Of a DNA stretch of 64,000 nucleotides, positions 12,813-25,620 are shown in pieces; position 1 is the stretch's first letter, and every line of letters begins with the position of its first letter. The DNA lies in NCBI GenBank assembly GCA_013265495.1, contig MU061578.1:1745308-1809307 (forward strand), written 5' to 3'. The DNA comes from Vicugna vicugna (Eukaryota). A program made the translations under genes and the position numbers. Below the pieces are notes generated by a model. It saw only the letters and a list, made by a program, of their open reading frames with translations. It was not told where the DNA came from and made no database searches.

Positions 12813-15800
12813 GGCTATAAAAATGCACTTGCAAACACTGGCTGGAATGAGATGCAAGTCTCAACACCTTTTGATACTTGACCTCTAAAACATACCACTC
12901 CACCAAGGTGGGGAGAGTATACACCCTCTCCTCACCCCAGAACCTCCCACATGGACACTTGGCCCAAATACACACCTGTTTCCCGGTCCTTAAGACCCCT
13001 GTTCCCAGCTTGCTTTGTGTTACTAAGTGTGGGTCCCTCAATGTGGCTCCTTATGTGACCTATCTGATTTCCCTGTGGACTCATGACCTTCCTACAGCCA
13101 TGGAGCGGTCTTAGCTGACCTTTCACCCCACGGCTGGTGTTCCCGGACAGGCCAGTGTCCTCCAGTGCACCTCCTGCATCGGCGCCTGTCCTTTCCCTGT
13201 GTCTCGTTTCCCGCCTTTATCTCCACCTCCCCTCCCCACCCTGGTGGCAAGAAGCCCTACCTCTTACAGGGATGATGGCGAGATTTAGTATCAGACTCTA
13301 AAAAGCATCTCTGCAGCCTACAGAAGGCAGAGTGTTGGTCAGATACATGTGACAGATATTCACGTTATCATCCGAGAAAAGTGGGTAGGGAGAGGTGAGA
13401 GAAGAAAAGTAAATGTCAGTGACTTGAGAGAGGAAAAAGGAGATGAATGGAGAGGTCTCAGTCCCCAGCAGCAAGAGCATGGGATGGGGGCACTGGTCGG
13501 TTGGATGGGGCTTGTGATCCGGGGAGAGGCTGGGTAACAGGTGCCAGAGTCTGGCTTGGTTTGCAGTGTAAAACTCTGGTCCAGGAATAAATCACGGCTA
13601 AGATAAACCTATACATTGAAAAGACATACAGAGACATCTCTCTCTGATGATTAGTGTTTTGATAAGTTTACCCTAGTCAATTTTTCGATACCTAAAGCTT
13701 CCAGGTTTCCTTCTGTACCAGGGGCTTTCATGGCAACACCAGGAGGCAGACGCTCACAGAACGCTGTATTATTCCCCCGTTATGCAAAATATATTTGAGC
13801 CACCTCCGTGCCCACGACCATAATGAATGTGTTCAAGTTTGCTGGAAATCTTGTTAAAATGTACATTTCCTTCCTGCTAAGAAGCATTCCCCTGACAACA
13901 AAACTCTGATTCAAAATTCATAACCTCCTTAAAAGCAGAGCCTCTTTGAACACAACCATATAGCCCTCAGACGTGCAAACATGTTCATGGTACCCTAACA
14001 CATTTTCCTCCTTCGTCATACAGTTGGTCAGGTTTTCCTTGCTTCTGATCAACAGTCTACGGAGGACTCCAGGCTCCCTTTCCCAGAGAGAACAGCTGGA
14101 GTTGGAGGAACGGAGATGGGAGAAACCCCCCTCCCCTCCCTGAAGAGGACGCGCTGGGAACCAATGCAGCGGGGCGGCCGGGGAATTGCAAAAAATGACA
14201 TCATCACGGCTCTGGGCTTCTCCTGTTTACCCCTATGTTCATTTATCTTCAAGTCTGCTGACACCCAGCCTTCATTTGAATGACTTACAAATTGAAGTAT
14301 AAATTATGTTTTCTATTGCCTAGCAATTAGCCATTAAGGAACAGTACAATCAAAATACAAAGACAGAAGACATCCACACTACAACAAGGGACCACTGGAA
14401 GGAAGAATTCTCCAACCCTCCAGGCTTCGGGCTTAAAGAAAGTGCCCCTGAATGCAGGCCTAGCCTTTTAAAGTGACGACACTATTTAGTCCATGCACCA
14501 TCTCAGCTTCGCCCCTTGCATAAAGCACTCGGAGAACACCAAATCCATCTTCTTCCCTTCCTCCAAGCTTCGCCTCTCAGTCACTTCTCTGGTCTGTGCA
14601 GTAATACTGGTTCAGAGGCTGTCAATTGTGCGCGCGAATGGCGAAGAAATAATTAGGAACACAAGGTGGAGACTTTCCTGTGAGCAAAGTCCAATACACT
14701 AAAAATGAGGAATGTGATAAACTCGGGCTGTCGGTGGCATTACCTATAATAAGGACCATCCTTCAAGCTGCAAGCTAATTTTCCAGCCTCGGTCTTTTAT
14801 CCTGATGTTGTTTTTGGGTTTTCTGTTTTTTGGGTTTTTTTTAATCCCTCTTTAATGTGGAACATTTTCCAGCTTAACATCTCATCAAAAGACTGCATTT
14901 CCTTTGTTCATCCTTGATTTGAAAACAGTAATTCTTTAATTTGCTTATTCTCACTGTAAAAATAATACATGCTCATCACAGAAAATGTTGAAAGCATCAA
15001 CATGTATAAAGAAGGAGGGGGAAAAAGAAAAACTCTCATCATCAAATCACCCAGAGGCAATCACTGCCACAAACTTTGCGGCAGTTCCCATCTTGGCGAC
15101 TACGCATTTTTAACGTATATGAGAAATTACCGTCTGTGTAATTTTGCTGAAGATACGTTTTTTTGTTAAACTGCTGAAGAGAAAGGGAGCAAATGCTCCT
15201 GTTCATTGATTACACCTCGTTGAAGCTGGCGTGCCAATGGGAGGGAAGGACAGAGGGGCTTTATGTGATTAATCTGAAATGAAGATTAAAATCATTGTGA
15301 GCTGCAAAACAGGGAAATTAAGTGATTGTCACAAACAACCTGAAACAGCTCAGTGGGATCCATTAAGAGTTTTAACAGCTTGGTGAAATCTACCATCCAC
15401 TTGACAGCTCTGAAGAGGGAGGGGTAGAGAAGAAATTTGCATCTCTACCTTGATTCTCTCTGTCTGCACATTAAACAAGCAAACTTTTTTCTTTTTTTTA
15501 ACTGATTGATGGTCGAAGAAAGCTGAACTGACCTCCACCTTCAATTAACTCAGTTTGAGATCATGCCTATACCCGGCAGCTTGTCTTCATAATCGGAGAT
15601 AGTAAGAGTTTTAAAGGCTCAACAAGGCAAAAATCGGTGTCTGTGCGCTGTGTGCAAAAGAGAGGACGAGGCTGGGAAGCGCCGTGTCATCTATGAAGGA
15701 TGAGAAGGATGTGATCCCCGCAGCTACCCCAGATGCACAGGTGCGCTCTCGCTCCCAACGTAGGCGGGAGAGCATCAATCTGAATGTTTCCTGAAATGAT

Positions 15801-16699
15801 ATTGGCATGGGGCCCACGTCAGCTCGAGTCTCCAGTGGCTTCCTCGCTCAGGACTTTGGTTCCAGAAATTTGGTAGAAAGAGACTTGAATTGACTTTTTC
15901 TTCTTCCCCTTCTTTGTTTCTTCCCAACCCCTTTCCTTGTCCCTCTATCCCTTCGATGTTCACTGAGTGGCCACCATGGAGAGGCGCAGGGAAGGAACTG
16001 ACAGGTAGATAGGTAGGTTTTATAAAAAGAGGCAGAGGGGCCATGACTTACTTATAATACCAAAGCACAGGGCTTGGGAGGGGTAAGAAAATCATGGAGT
16101 GCTTCAAGGAGGAGGGAATGCCGGGTCTTGCAGAAGAAGTCAAAGCTCGGGTAAGAATTTAAAAAATTGAAGGTTTAGAAGAAAGTTTAGAAATTTTAAG
16201 AACCATCCCCTGGGACTGAAAAGAGATGACTAGATCCTTGCAAAGATAACCCTGAGGATGGAAGAAACACTGCCCAGGTTGGGGAGAGATGGTCACAGTG
16301 AAAGTTCTGCAAATGGTCTTTGGTTCTGGGAGAGGAAGGGTCTAGGCACATAGCCTTTCCTCCAACATTACGACTTTTCTGGTCCCCAGAGAATGCAGTG
16401 CAATCGTTTTTCTACACACAGCTCCTTCCTGGTCTTCAGGTGATGCTCAAGGACAAAACTCCAGCAAGGACAGCTTATCAAACTTTCAGAGAGACGACTG
16501 ACTGTCCCAAGCCACAGATGATGTGAATTCCAGTCCCCCCCCTCGGAGAACATCAGAATGAGCTCCCATTTCTCCTCCTGCTTTCCTGCCCCCAGATTTG
16601 CAGACAGCTTCCTCCAAAGAGCAGCTCCTAATAGTTTTCCTTAGTCCTTGAAGTCTCCTTAAGAGATACCATTCTTTCTCCGTGGCTGTAAAGAGAATG

Positions 16700-16900
16700 G
16701 TTTATTAAAATGACTCCAAGGCAGGCTGCCTGGGTTTATATCCAGACTCAGCCACTCACTAGCCAAACTGGGGCATGCTGTGTGTTCTCTCCACGCCTCC
16801 ATCATCCAACTGCAGAATGGAGAAAGTGGGGGTGCCTCCCTCATGAGGTTAACGATGTGATGCTTGACTGTGCCCAGTAAGTCTTCAGCCAACGTCAGTT
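16700..16900 (+). mobile_element. MIR SINE
   Basis: CTGCCTGGGTTTATATCCAGACTCAGCCACTCACTAGC and CCTCCATCATCCAACTGCAGAATGGAGA. Confidence 0.75.
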
Positions 16901-18701
16901 ATCACTGTGACCTAGAAATGGGCTCCCTCTCATTACAAGGGCCAAAGGGAGCTCTCTGGGTCCAGTGTGATGTGTTTTAGGCTTTGGCCTGTGGTCCTTA
17001 CTTAACTTTGATCATTCATTCATTCACCTGTCAAGTATTTTCTGAGCATCTCCTAAAGATTAGGTATTATTGATAAAACTTCCTCAAGGGGAAAAAGACA
17101 AACATCTTTTCTTACAAGAAGTTTTGTTTTCTGTGTGTCTATCATCAAACTCAAGAAAGTAGCAGGGAAGCAGACTAAAAACCCATTCTCTTTATTGAGA
17201 AGTCAAATAAACAGATCTATGTTTGGTGAACTGAAGCTCTTATTTGATCAAGTATAAAGATAGAATCAGTGGAGAGGCCAGGCAGAAAGAAAAGACAGGA
17301 GAAGATTCAACAATGACTTTGGAGTCAGAAGGAGAATGATTTGCAGAAATGTAAAGTGAGGGACAACCACATAAATGATCATCACAGAATATGCACAGAA
17401 AGGCACTGTTAGCAACGATGTCCTGAGGCAAGTGGCAACCCCACCCATTGGAAACCCATCATTACTTCCGCAGTCACAGCAATACTTAAAACCTAGGGAA
17501 ACTAACTTGGGTCCAAAATCAGTTATTACCAGCACTGAACCTGTGCATTATAAGTGAATTTCAGAAGGATGACATCAGTGGGCATTAAAATCCGGCAGCA
17601 GAACAAGGCACTAAGGAGGACTGAGCGTTTCAACGCAGCGTGCTTCTCTCTCATGAGTTTTCCTTTAAAAGCACAGTTTTTAGTTTGGCGTCCTCAGTAC
17701 ATCACATGTGCCCTGACTCTCTCCCAAGACGCCTTTATACAATGCCTTCTCATCTATTCTGAGTTTTCTCCCCTATTCCTCCCTTGTAGTACAATTTCTT
17801 TCCAGAAAAAAAAAAAAAGGAGAAGGAAAGAAGGACCCAAAAAAGCAAGGAGGGAGAAATGAAGGAAGGAATTAAGAGTGGAAAGAAAAAGGAATCCTCT
17901 TCATCAGGCGGGGCGTTTTCCCACAGAGCAGCGACTGGTTTCAAGAAGCAATCCGAGAATTGATATTTTGATTATCAAAGGCTTGAGCTCTACAAACTGT
18001 GGGGTGATCTTACTGGCTCCATAAAATGCAGGGCTTGCCAGGGCAGTGTTTGGATGTGGAGAAGGCTGAGAAAATAAATCCACCTAATGGAAAATTACAG
18101 AGGAGCTGTTCTTCCTTTGCATAAAATGAGAATCTCCAACAATTTGGTTTTGAGGACGTTCCTGCACATTGTTCTAGGAAGTAGACACGGCTTCTGTTGT
18201 CTCGTTATGAGATGATAAATATTCATGCTGGTGAATTACCGCTCGCTAATGGCCCAATATTTGGCACACCTGTTGTGGCCTGTCTCTAAAATAGCAGCGA
18301 CAGTTTAGGATGACAACGCTGGCAGGTGTTAACAATGGGATATTGTGACAAGCACAGGGAAGCAACACATTTCAAGGTCCTGATTAAACCGAGGTTTCCC
18401 AAGTGAGCCCATCTTCGCTGGCACTCATCTTCAAAAACGTTCTCCTTTTTCAAACCGAGACAGACTTTGAAGCCCCTCCATCAGCTGTCAGATCGGTCAT
18501 TCACGCTTCTTCATTCATGGATCTCACACATGCTGTGATGAGAGGGGTTACACATTTGAGCTCCGGAGCCAGGCTCTCTGATTTCAAAGCCTGGTGGTAC
18601 CACCATCCTAGCTGTTTGGGCTTGAGCACGTCACAAAAGCCACCTGGGTCTTCTTTTGTACTCTTATAAGATGAGGACAAGGAGAGGGTCAACCTCCGAA
18701 G

Positions 18702-18922
18702 CAGGGACTCTCAAGCTCCACGGTATTGACATTTGGGGCCAGATCTGTCTTTGTGGTGGGGGATGTCCTGTGCATCATAGGATGTTCCGTAGAGTCCCTC
18801 ACCTACACCGGCTAGCTGCCAGGAGCACCCACTGTCCCCTACCATTTTGGGACCCCAACGTCTCTAGCCAGACGCTGCTAAAGGTCCCCTAAGAACAAAA
18901 TCCACGCTGATTGAGAGCCCCG
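18702..18922 (-). mobile_element. MER20
   Basis: TATTGACATTTGGGGCCAGAT...GTCCTGTGCATCATAGGATGTT; ends ATTGAGAGCCCCG; homologous to 12598-12812. Confidence 0.85.
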
Positions 18923-20414
18923 CACCACAGAGTGGCTCAGAAGAGTATAACGTACTACATTTATAGTGCCGAGAACAACGCGGGGCACCCACGAACACTC
19001 GCTGCGGTCAGCTATCATTTGCAAGGCGCTGTGCCAGTCACTGGGGTGGGATATACGTTTGAATCAAGCGAGACTCCTTCCCTTACAGAACGTACATGGC
19101 ACTTCATTTTCATTTTCGCCCATGTCACGCCCAGAAGTGATCGTCTTTATCTAGGTGTTGACTTGCTAATATCTGTCTTCCTCCCAGGGGCACAGAAGCC
19201 CAGTGGTGATCGGAACCTTCTTCGCCATGTTCACGTGCGGAGTCTAGAACACAGCAGGGGCTCAGGAGACATCTGTGGGAATGGGTGCAATAAATTCTAC
19301 CACGAATCCCAGAGAAGGGGCCTCGGAAACCCTGTTACACATACGGTACATACATTACATATGCAAGGGCCTTAGGTGATTCGTAAATTCAGGCAAGTAT
19401 TAGAAACAATGCGTGAATCCACCTTTGCATGGTTTTGGTCAGCAGATGGTTCACAACATGGAAACGAGAGCACCTTCTCCCACTTAAAAGGTCTTCTACA
19501 GCTTCCTTTGTCCAAAACCCTGCACTTGACCTCTCAGGATGCATCATCCTCCCGCCCCTTTCCACAGTGTCCTGTGTGTTCTTTGCACTCACTAAGCTCT
19601 CACGCTTCCTGCCTTTGTAAGTAACATTCCCTCTGCTTGTAACTGCCTTCTCCTCCATGTCCACCTAGCGACACACGTTCATCCTTTAAGACGTGGCTCC
19701 CCATCTCCTTCTCTAAGGAGTGACTCATTCCTGCTTCCTCATCCCCTGAACTCTTTCAGTCCTTAGTTAGTGTCACAGTTCTGTCCCCAGTTGAACACTA
19801 ATTCATCCCAAAGTTATGAAACAACCACATGTTGAGAAGTCACAAGAAGCACGTGCCAGTGACCAGCATAGGTATAAACAGCAGAATTGTCGAAAAGATC
19901 GAGAATTAGGTGATTATAATTAAAGATCAAAAGATAAACCTTTTCTTGGGTCCTGTTCTTCACGGAGCCCCATTGAAAGATTTGGGAATTTTTCCAACAA
20001 AGTTGCTCTCCTTTAAAACCTTCATTATTTAGAATCCTTTTACAACCATCTTTTTTTTTTTTTCCAATTGTTTGGATTAACTGCAAGAGTGAAAGCCTTC
20101 ATCTTAAGACATGGATTTGACATTTGGAAACAGTCATTTGGAATGATAGCCAACTGAAAATTTTATTTCCCGAGTCTTTATTTAAAGATAAATTTCACTG
20201 GTAATTAATAGATAAATCTTTGGCATGCAAATTACCATTTCTAAACTAACAACAGTTTGACCAGGAAAAGCCCCATGTTCTTTCTACCAATTGCTAATGT
20301 ACTTAGCAAATTTTTTTTCTAGAGGAAAGTCAGAGGTCAGTTTTTGGGTGACAACAAATCCTTCATCATGTGGCTCATTGTCATTTTTTTCTCAACAATT
20401 TTTTTCAAAATTTT

Positions 20415-20606
20415 TAGATAATTTTCTATTTTTAATTTCTCAACAATTTTGAAGTATCTGAGGCAAAGGGTATTCAGTAATGACTGTCCCTTCAAAATGA
20501 CCAATTTTTCCAAATAGATAATTTTCTATTTTTAATTTCTCAACAATTTTGAAGTATCTGAGGCAAAGGGTATTCAGTAATGACTGTCCCTTCAAAATGA
20601 CCAATT
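20415..20606. repeat. Exact 92 bp direct repeat (tandem duplication, period 100 bp)
   Basis: 20415-20506 is identical to 20515-20606, separated by TTTCCAAA. Confidence 0.97.
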
Positions 20607-22059
20607 CTACTTGTGATCGCATTGGGCAAACCACCCAAAGAGAGACTCAACTAATATCAACCCCACCCTGCAGTAGCTCCGGAAACACAGGCAGACGGAA
20701 GTGCAAGCATGTTGGGCTCCTCGCTCAATGAATCAGATCACTATGTGGCTGCGAGGTATCTACAGCAGTGAGCTGCACGCCCACCAGCAGTCATAAAGTC
20801 AGGAGGACTGTTTATAGCCAGCTCTGTCTTCTAAAAAGAAATAAATGAGAACATATCCAAGTGCTTGTGAAACACTCATTCCATTATTGTAGGTGAGTGT
20901 GGGGTATGGCAACATGAATGCATCTTTTATTGCTGGTCACAGTAAAAATAAAAAGGTTTCAAAGCCATTCGTGAAAGTTTCCATTTGAGAACTCAAATCT
21001 AATAAGAAGAGTCAAAAGACAGCTTTTATAGGTTGCTGATTTAAGGGCGCAGGTGGGGTTCATGGACACTGTGAACTAAATAAATGGGCTTCTCCCATCA
21101 ACCAGATATAATAACCAGAAAGCATTTTTTAAAGGCAGACATGGAAGAATGAAGTCAGGGAGGTTGACCAGAGGAAATCCACAAATGCATTATTTCACCA
21201 TAAAGAGGGTATGAAAGTGTTCCAGGCTAGTTCCCAGCATACATATCCTTTCTTTTCTTGGGGACTTACCCTCCATGAAGAGTCAAGTTTTTACCTTAAA
21301 GAATAGGGAAATTCTACTATCTGACCACTGTGACAGGGCCACTTTCTGATTGTTTTACTAAGAACAGCTTTTAATCACTCCTGAAAATTGATCACTGTAC
21401 AAGACTTATTTCTTATTGTGTCCCAAGTAACATAAAGACATTCAGTGATAAAAGCTGAGAGCACATAGTTGGCTAAGCTCATCAAAGGTGACAGAAGGGA
21501 GGATGATTTTCATTTTCAACTCATAAATAGCATCCCTATCCATTATTTATCTATTTTCAAATTTAATTAATGGTTCTGGTAATAATTACATAATTTCTAT
21601 GGCCACAGAAAAAAGCAGTCTGCATGTAGATAATAGGGCATTTTAATATTGATGAAGTTCAAAGTTTTCTATAAATAGAGAAATTCAGAAATTATCGCCA
21701 GATCTAAAATTATATTGGAAGATAGATGAATAATTAATAACAAAGGCATGTGTCCACGGGGAACACACAAAACAGAAGTTATGAAAGCACACATCACCAC
21801 GCTGATCAAGTTACTCATGCAGGTGGATCCTTTCTCAGGGTCACCTCTGGACACATGGCTCTCTGGAAGGAAGGGCAATTTTGCTTGGACCTCTGAATGA
21901 TTATTACTGTTAATAATCATTTTTGAATGTAACAGAGCCCAGTTGGCACAGTTAGGGGCCATCACAACCTACTGTCTCCTTTCATCCTAGTAGGATTCCT
22001 CAATTCTGACTCTCCGGGTTCAATCCTCATTCCTCCATTCATTCACCGTGTGAAACTGG

Positions 22060-22262
22060 TACAAACTGCTTGCCTCCCTATAAGCATGGGTGTCCCCAGG
22101 GGTATGTAAACTCTGGTATTTCCAGCTTGCTGTCTGGGGAACAAGGCTACCTCTGGCACAATAAAGCTCTTGGGCAAAGAAATGCAGGTTGGCTGTTGGA
22201 AGCCAGGTTGGAGCACACTGAAGAGGAAGAATGAGGAGATATGGGTAGGTGGTGTGGTGGAC
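22060..22262 (-). mobile_element. ERVL-type LTR fragment (LTR33/LTR16-like)
   Basis: GGCAAAGAAATGCAGGTTGGCTGTTGGAAGCCAGG...GATATGGGT resembles the antisense 5' end of LTR33-like elements. Confidence 0.5.
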
Positions 22263-22900
22263 CATGGCAGGCCCCTGCATAGCATCAGATGAGACAACCA
22301 TGTGATGAGAGAGTTGGCCCTCTGGGTCAGTTGAACCTCCAGGGAGGAGCATGTGGCTGTAGGTGAAATTCAGTTACATGGCCAATAATTTAATCAATCA
22401 TGCCTACAAGATGGAACCCCAATAAAAAATCTGGAAACTGAGGCTCAGTGGTGTTTCCAAATTGGCGAACATTTCAATGTACCAGGAAGGTGATGCATCT
22501 AGACTCCATGGAGATGGAAACTTCTGCACATGGGATCCCCTCAGTCTCTGCCCTGTGTAGCCTTCATCTGGCTGTTTATTTGTATCATTTAGGAGAAATC
22601 ATTATAAAAAGACAGCACTTTTCTGAGTTCTGTGAGTTGTTTCTAGCAAATTATTGAACCTGAAGGCAGGGGGTGGTGGCGGTAGTGGGTGATAAGAAGT
22701 CCTGAATTCACAGTCGGTGGGGCAGAAGTATGAGTGGTTTGAGGACATCTAAAATGTGTGGCTGGCTTGTGAAGCGGGACCAGTCTTGTGAAGGACCTTG
22801 CCCACAGCTTGTGGGGGCTTCGCTAATTCTGGGTAGTTGCTGCCATAACTGAATTGACATTCAGGACACCCAGTTGGTGGCAGAGAACTGGCTTCAGAGC
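22263..22900 (+). mobile_element. ERV LTR, MER21C-like
   Basis: GGCCAATAATTTAATCAATCATGCCTAC, TTCTGAGTTCTGTGAGTTGTTTCTAGCAAATTATTGAACCTGA and AGGACACCCAGTTGGTG match recalled MER21 motifs in order. Confidence 0.85.
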
Positions 22901-24289
22901 AGGGGGGCCCTGGTAGCACCCCCATGACCAGTGTGAACTGTGGTTTCCCCTTCTGTCAAAATCGGAATGATAATGAGAGCAATGACGACATCCTGGGATT
23001 AGCCGGCAGAGAGTGTTCAGATAATCCATGCTAAGGCCTTAGCCAGCCCATAAACTCAGTAAATGAGCCCTCTTATCCCCAAGTATGAGATGAGAAAACC
23101 AAGGCTCAGAGAAGCTAAGGTGACTTCTGTAGAATGTGACAAAATGTGGCAGAACACAGCTGCTCGATCCCAGAGAGGGTCAGTTTTCGCTCCCACAGTC
23201 CGCCTGCCTACGCAGCCTCCACTGGTTCCCCGCGGCCCTTTCCAACAAAGGGCAGTAGCAGTGAATATAAATTCCATTTGAACAGACACACATGGTCCAA
23301 CACGCCTCTCCCAGAGCATCCCTGTGCTTCCACATGCTTTGGTCTTAATGGCAGTCCTTGCACAAGGGCCTCAAAGAGACAACACCTTGGGTCAAAGTTT
23401 CATCAGCACATGGCAAGGGGAAGCCTGGCTTTGGATGATTTATTTTCTTGCACCTGCGAAGGCACATCTATATGCACCAACACACACACACACGCACAGC
23501 TGTACGATGCTTAAAAATCTAAAGTGCACTAAGGAAAAAAGAAAGTTGCCAAGGTTGTGATCCCGAAACAAACCCTAGGAACGCGGGATGGATCCGGAAC
23601 CAAGGCACTTCCCACAGGCTGGGCCTGTATTCTTGCCCTCACCTTGCAGAGGGCACATCAGAATGGAAAGGCAGGTACAGCTGCCAGCCTCTGGCAAGGG
23701 CTGATTTCAGATGCTTCGCAGGTGCTCCTGCCTTGTTTTTCTGAGCGGGATCAAATCCTAAGATTTTAAACCCAAAGTCTCCAAGAGCACAGCCACGAGA
23801 CTCTCAAGGACAAAATGATTATCTCAGATCTCCAGAAACTGAGCCACGTACGAAACAGCTATGGGAAGGGAAGAGTCACTTGTGGGTTTTGATTTTCCCT
23901 CAGCTTTGAAAGAATATAAATTTCTTGCTGGCTTAAGAGAGTGTTTTGTGACTGGATAAATCCTAGCTGAAATCATGGCCTTTCTCTTCTAAAACAACTG
24001 TTTGGGGGCCAAGTTATTTTGTTCATTCAAATTATTTCCTGCTGCTAATTTTTAACATTTCACAGGATATTTTAAGCTGTGTGTCTTAGCTTAAAGAAGC
24101 TACTTTTTCTTGGCGTAAAACATATATAGTGAAAGTGCACAATTGAAGAGACTTTTAATTAGCACTCATATGCATCTCAACTTTTAAGCAGAGAATCAAT
24201 TTCAGGTTTTCTAGTTTCAACGTATTTGCTAAAATTTATATTTGTTATAAAACATTAGTATTGGAAGCAGCGCATGAGGAGATATCTGT

Positions 24290-24540
24290 GAATTCATTCA
24301 TGTATTCAAACCACAGATATTTATGGAGTGCCAAACAGGTGCCTGGCAGTGATGTGATGGGTGAATAAAACAGAGAAGGTCCCTATCTTCAGGAAGCCTA
24401 CAGATAGTGGGGGAGAAATGATACCATAAGAAAACAAAAATATAAAAATGCACATAATGAGTAACTGTGACAAGAGCTACAAAGGAAAGACACAAGGTGC
24501 GATGACAGAAAATAGCAGCAGGATGGTCACGTCTAGGGGT
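24290..24540 (-). mobile_element. L2 3' tail
   Basis: ATTCATTCATGTATTCAAACCACAGATATTTATGGAGTGCC...GTGAATAAAACAGAGAAGGTCCCT. Confidence 0.8.
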
Positions 24541-25371
24541 GAATTAAATGAAAATGCAACCACAAAGCAGCGTCATTTTCCTGAGTTCACCTGTCTCTTT
24601 ACTTAACTGTGAATTCAGTCTCCCCAGCATAACATCCTTTCGTCGTGGGCATTTGCTAATGCCACCACAAAGGGTGTGCTTATAAACGTCAGAGAGGAAG
24701 GAAAGAGAGAGAAACTGGCTTTGAGGTCCAAGCATAAGGTACAATTCACAGAAATTCTATTGTGCGGAGTCAAATGATACTCATTCCATTTCCAAAGCTC
24801 TGACAGGTGGAAGGATCTGCCTGCCATAATGGGATGGGAGAGAAAAGGACTGGTCTGGGAAAAGGTAAGTCAGAAGCCCCTGCTGAATTAAGAGCCAGAG
24901 TTTATCTAGATGGAAATTCTAGCGCATTAAAAAACACTAACAACTAAGTCCAGATATGCAACAAATAGTAAGTTAGATAAAGCCCTTTACATGATTAAAA
25001 GTGCCCCCCTTCTTCCTCAAGAGACATCTGTGAGTGGTTCCACTTTGTGTCAAGTGACGACTCTTTCTGCAATGAAGTGTTTTTCACAAAAGCTGGTGTC
25101 TGCCTATACGGACCACCTGCACTGCATAAGGATCTAGGACTGTCTCCTGTGTCCCCCCAATGGCCCCTGCTGGGATGAGATTCTTATTTTAACCTGGTAT
25201 TTTTCCTTTATAGTGCTCACCACAATTGCAATTCATTCAAGATATGTTTGTGTGATGCAAGCCCCTCCTGAGGGCTTCATGTCAAAATAGCGATGGCTCA
25301 TTCATGGCTGCATCCCCATTTCTTAGGAAGGATTGTAGTGCTCTCTCCCTCCCTCCCTCCCTCTCTTTGCT

Positions 25372-25620
25372 GGTATAGACATAAATACACATAAAAATGA
25401 AGCTAAGTATATAAGTATAGGTATAGATGGAAACATAGACGTCCCCATAGAGATACAGCTAGAGATACAGAGACTTAGATTAAGTGTAGACATACAGATA
25501 TGGAAACACAGATGCAGGAATAGAAGTACCAAGACAGATAAAGACAGAGACGTCGATACACAGATCTATAGACACACAGCTGGCTACACCCATGGACACA
25601 GACACAGATACAGGTATCAT
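25372..25620. repeat. Degenerate hexamer repeat (ATAGAC/ACAGAT-like)
   Basis: Recurrent ATAGAC, ATAGAT, ACAGAT and ACAGAC units over ~250 bp. Confidence 0.65.

Noticed and set aside
20415..20606. CRISPR-like repeat-spacer array
   Set aside because: Only two 92 bp copies with an 8 bp spacer in mammalian DNA; no array and no cas genes.
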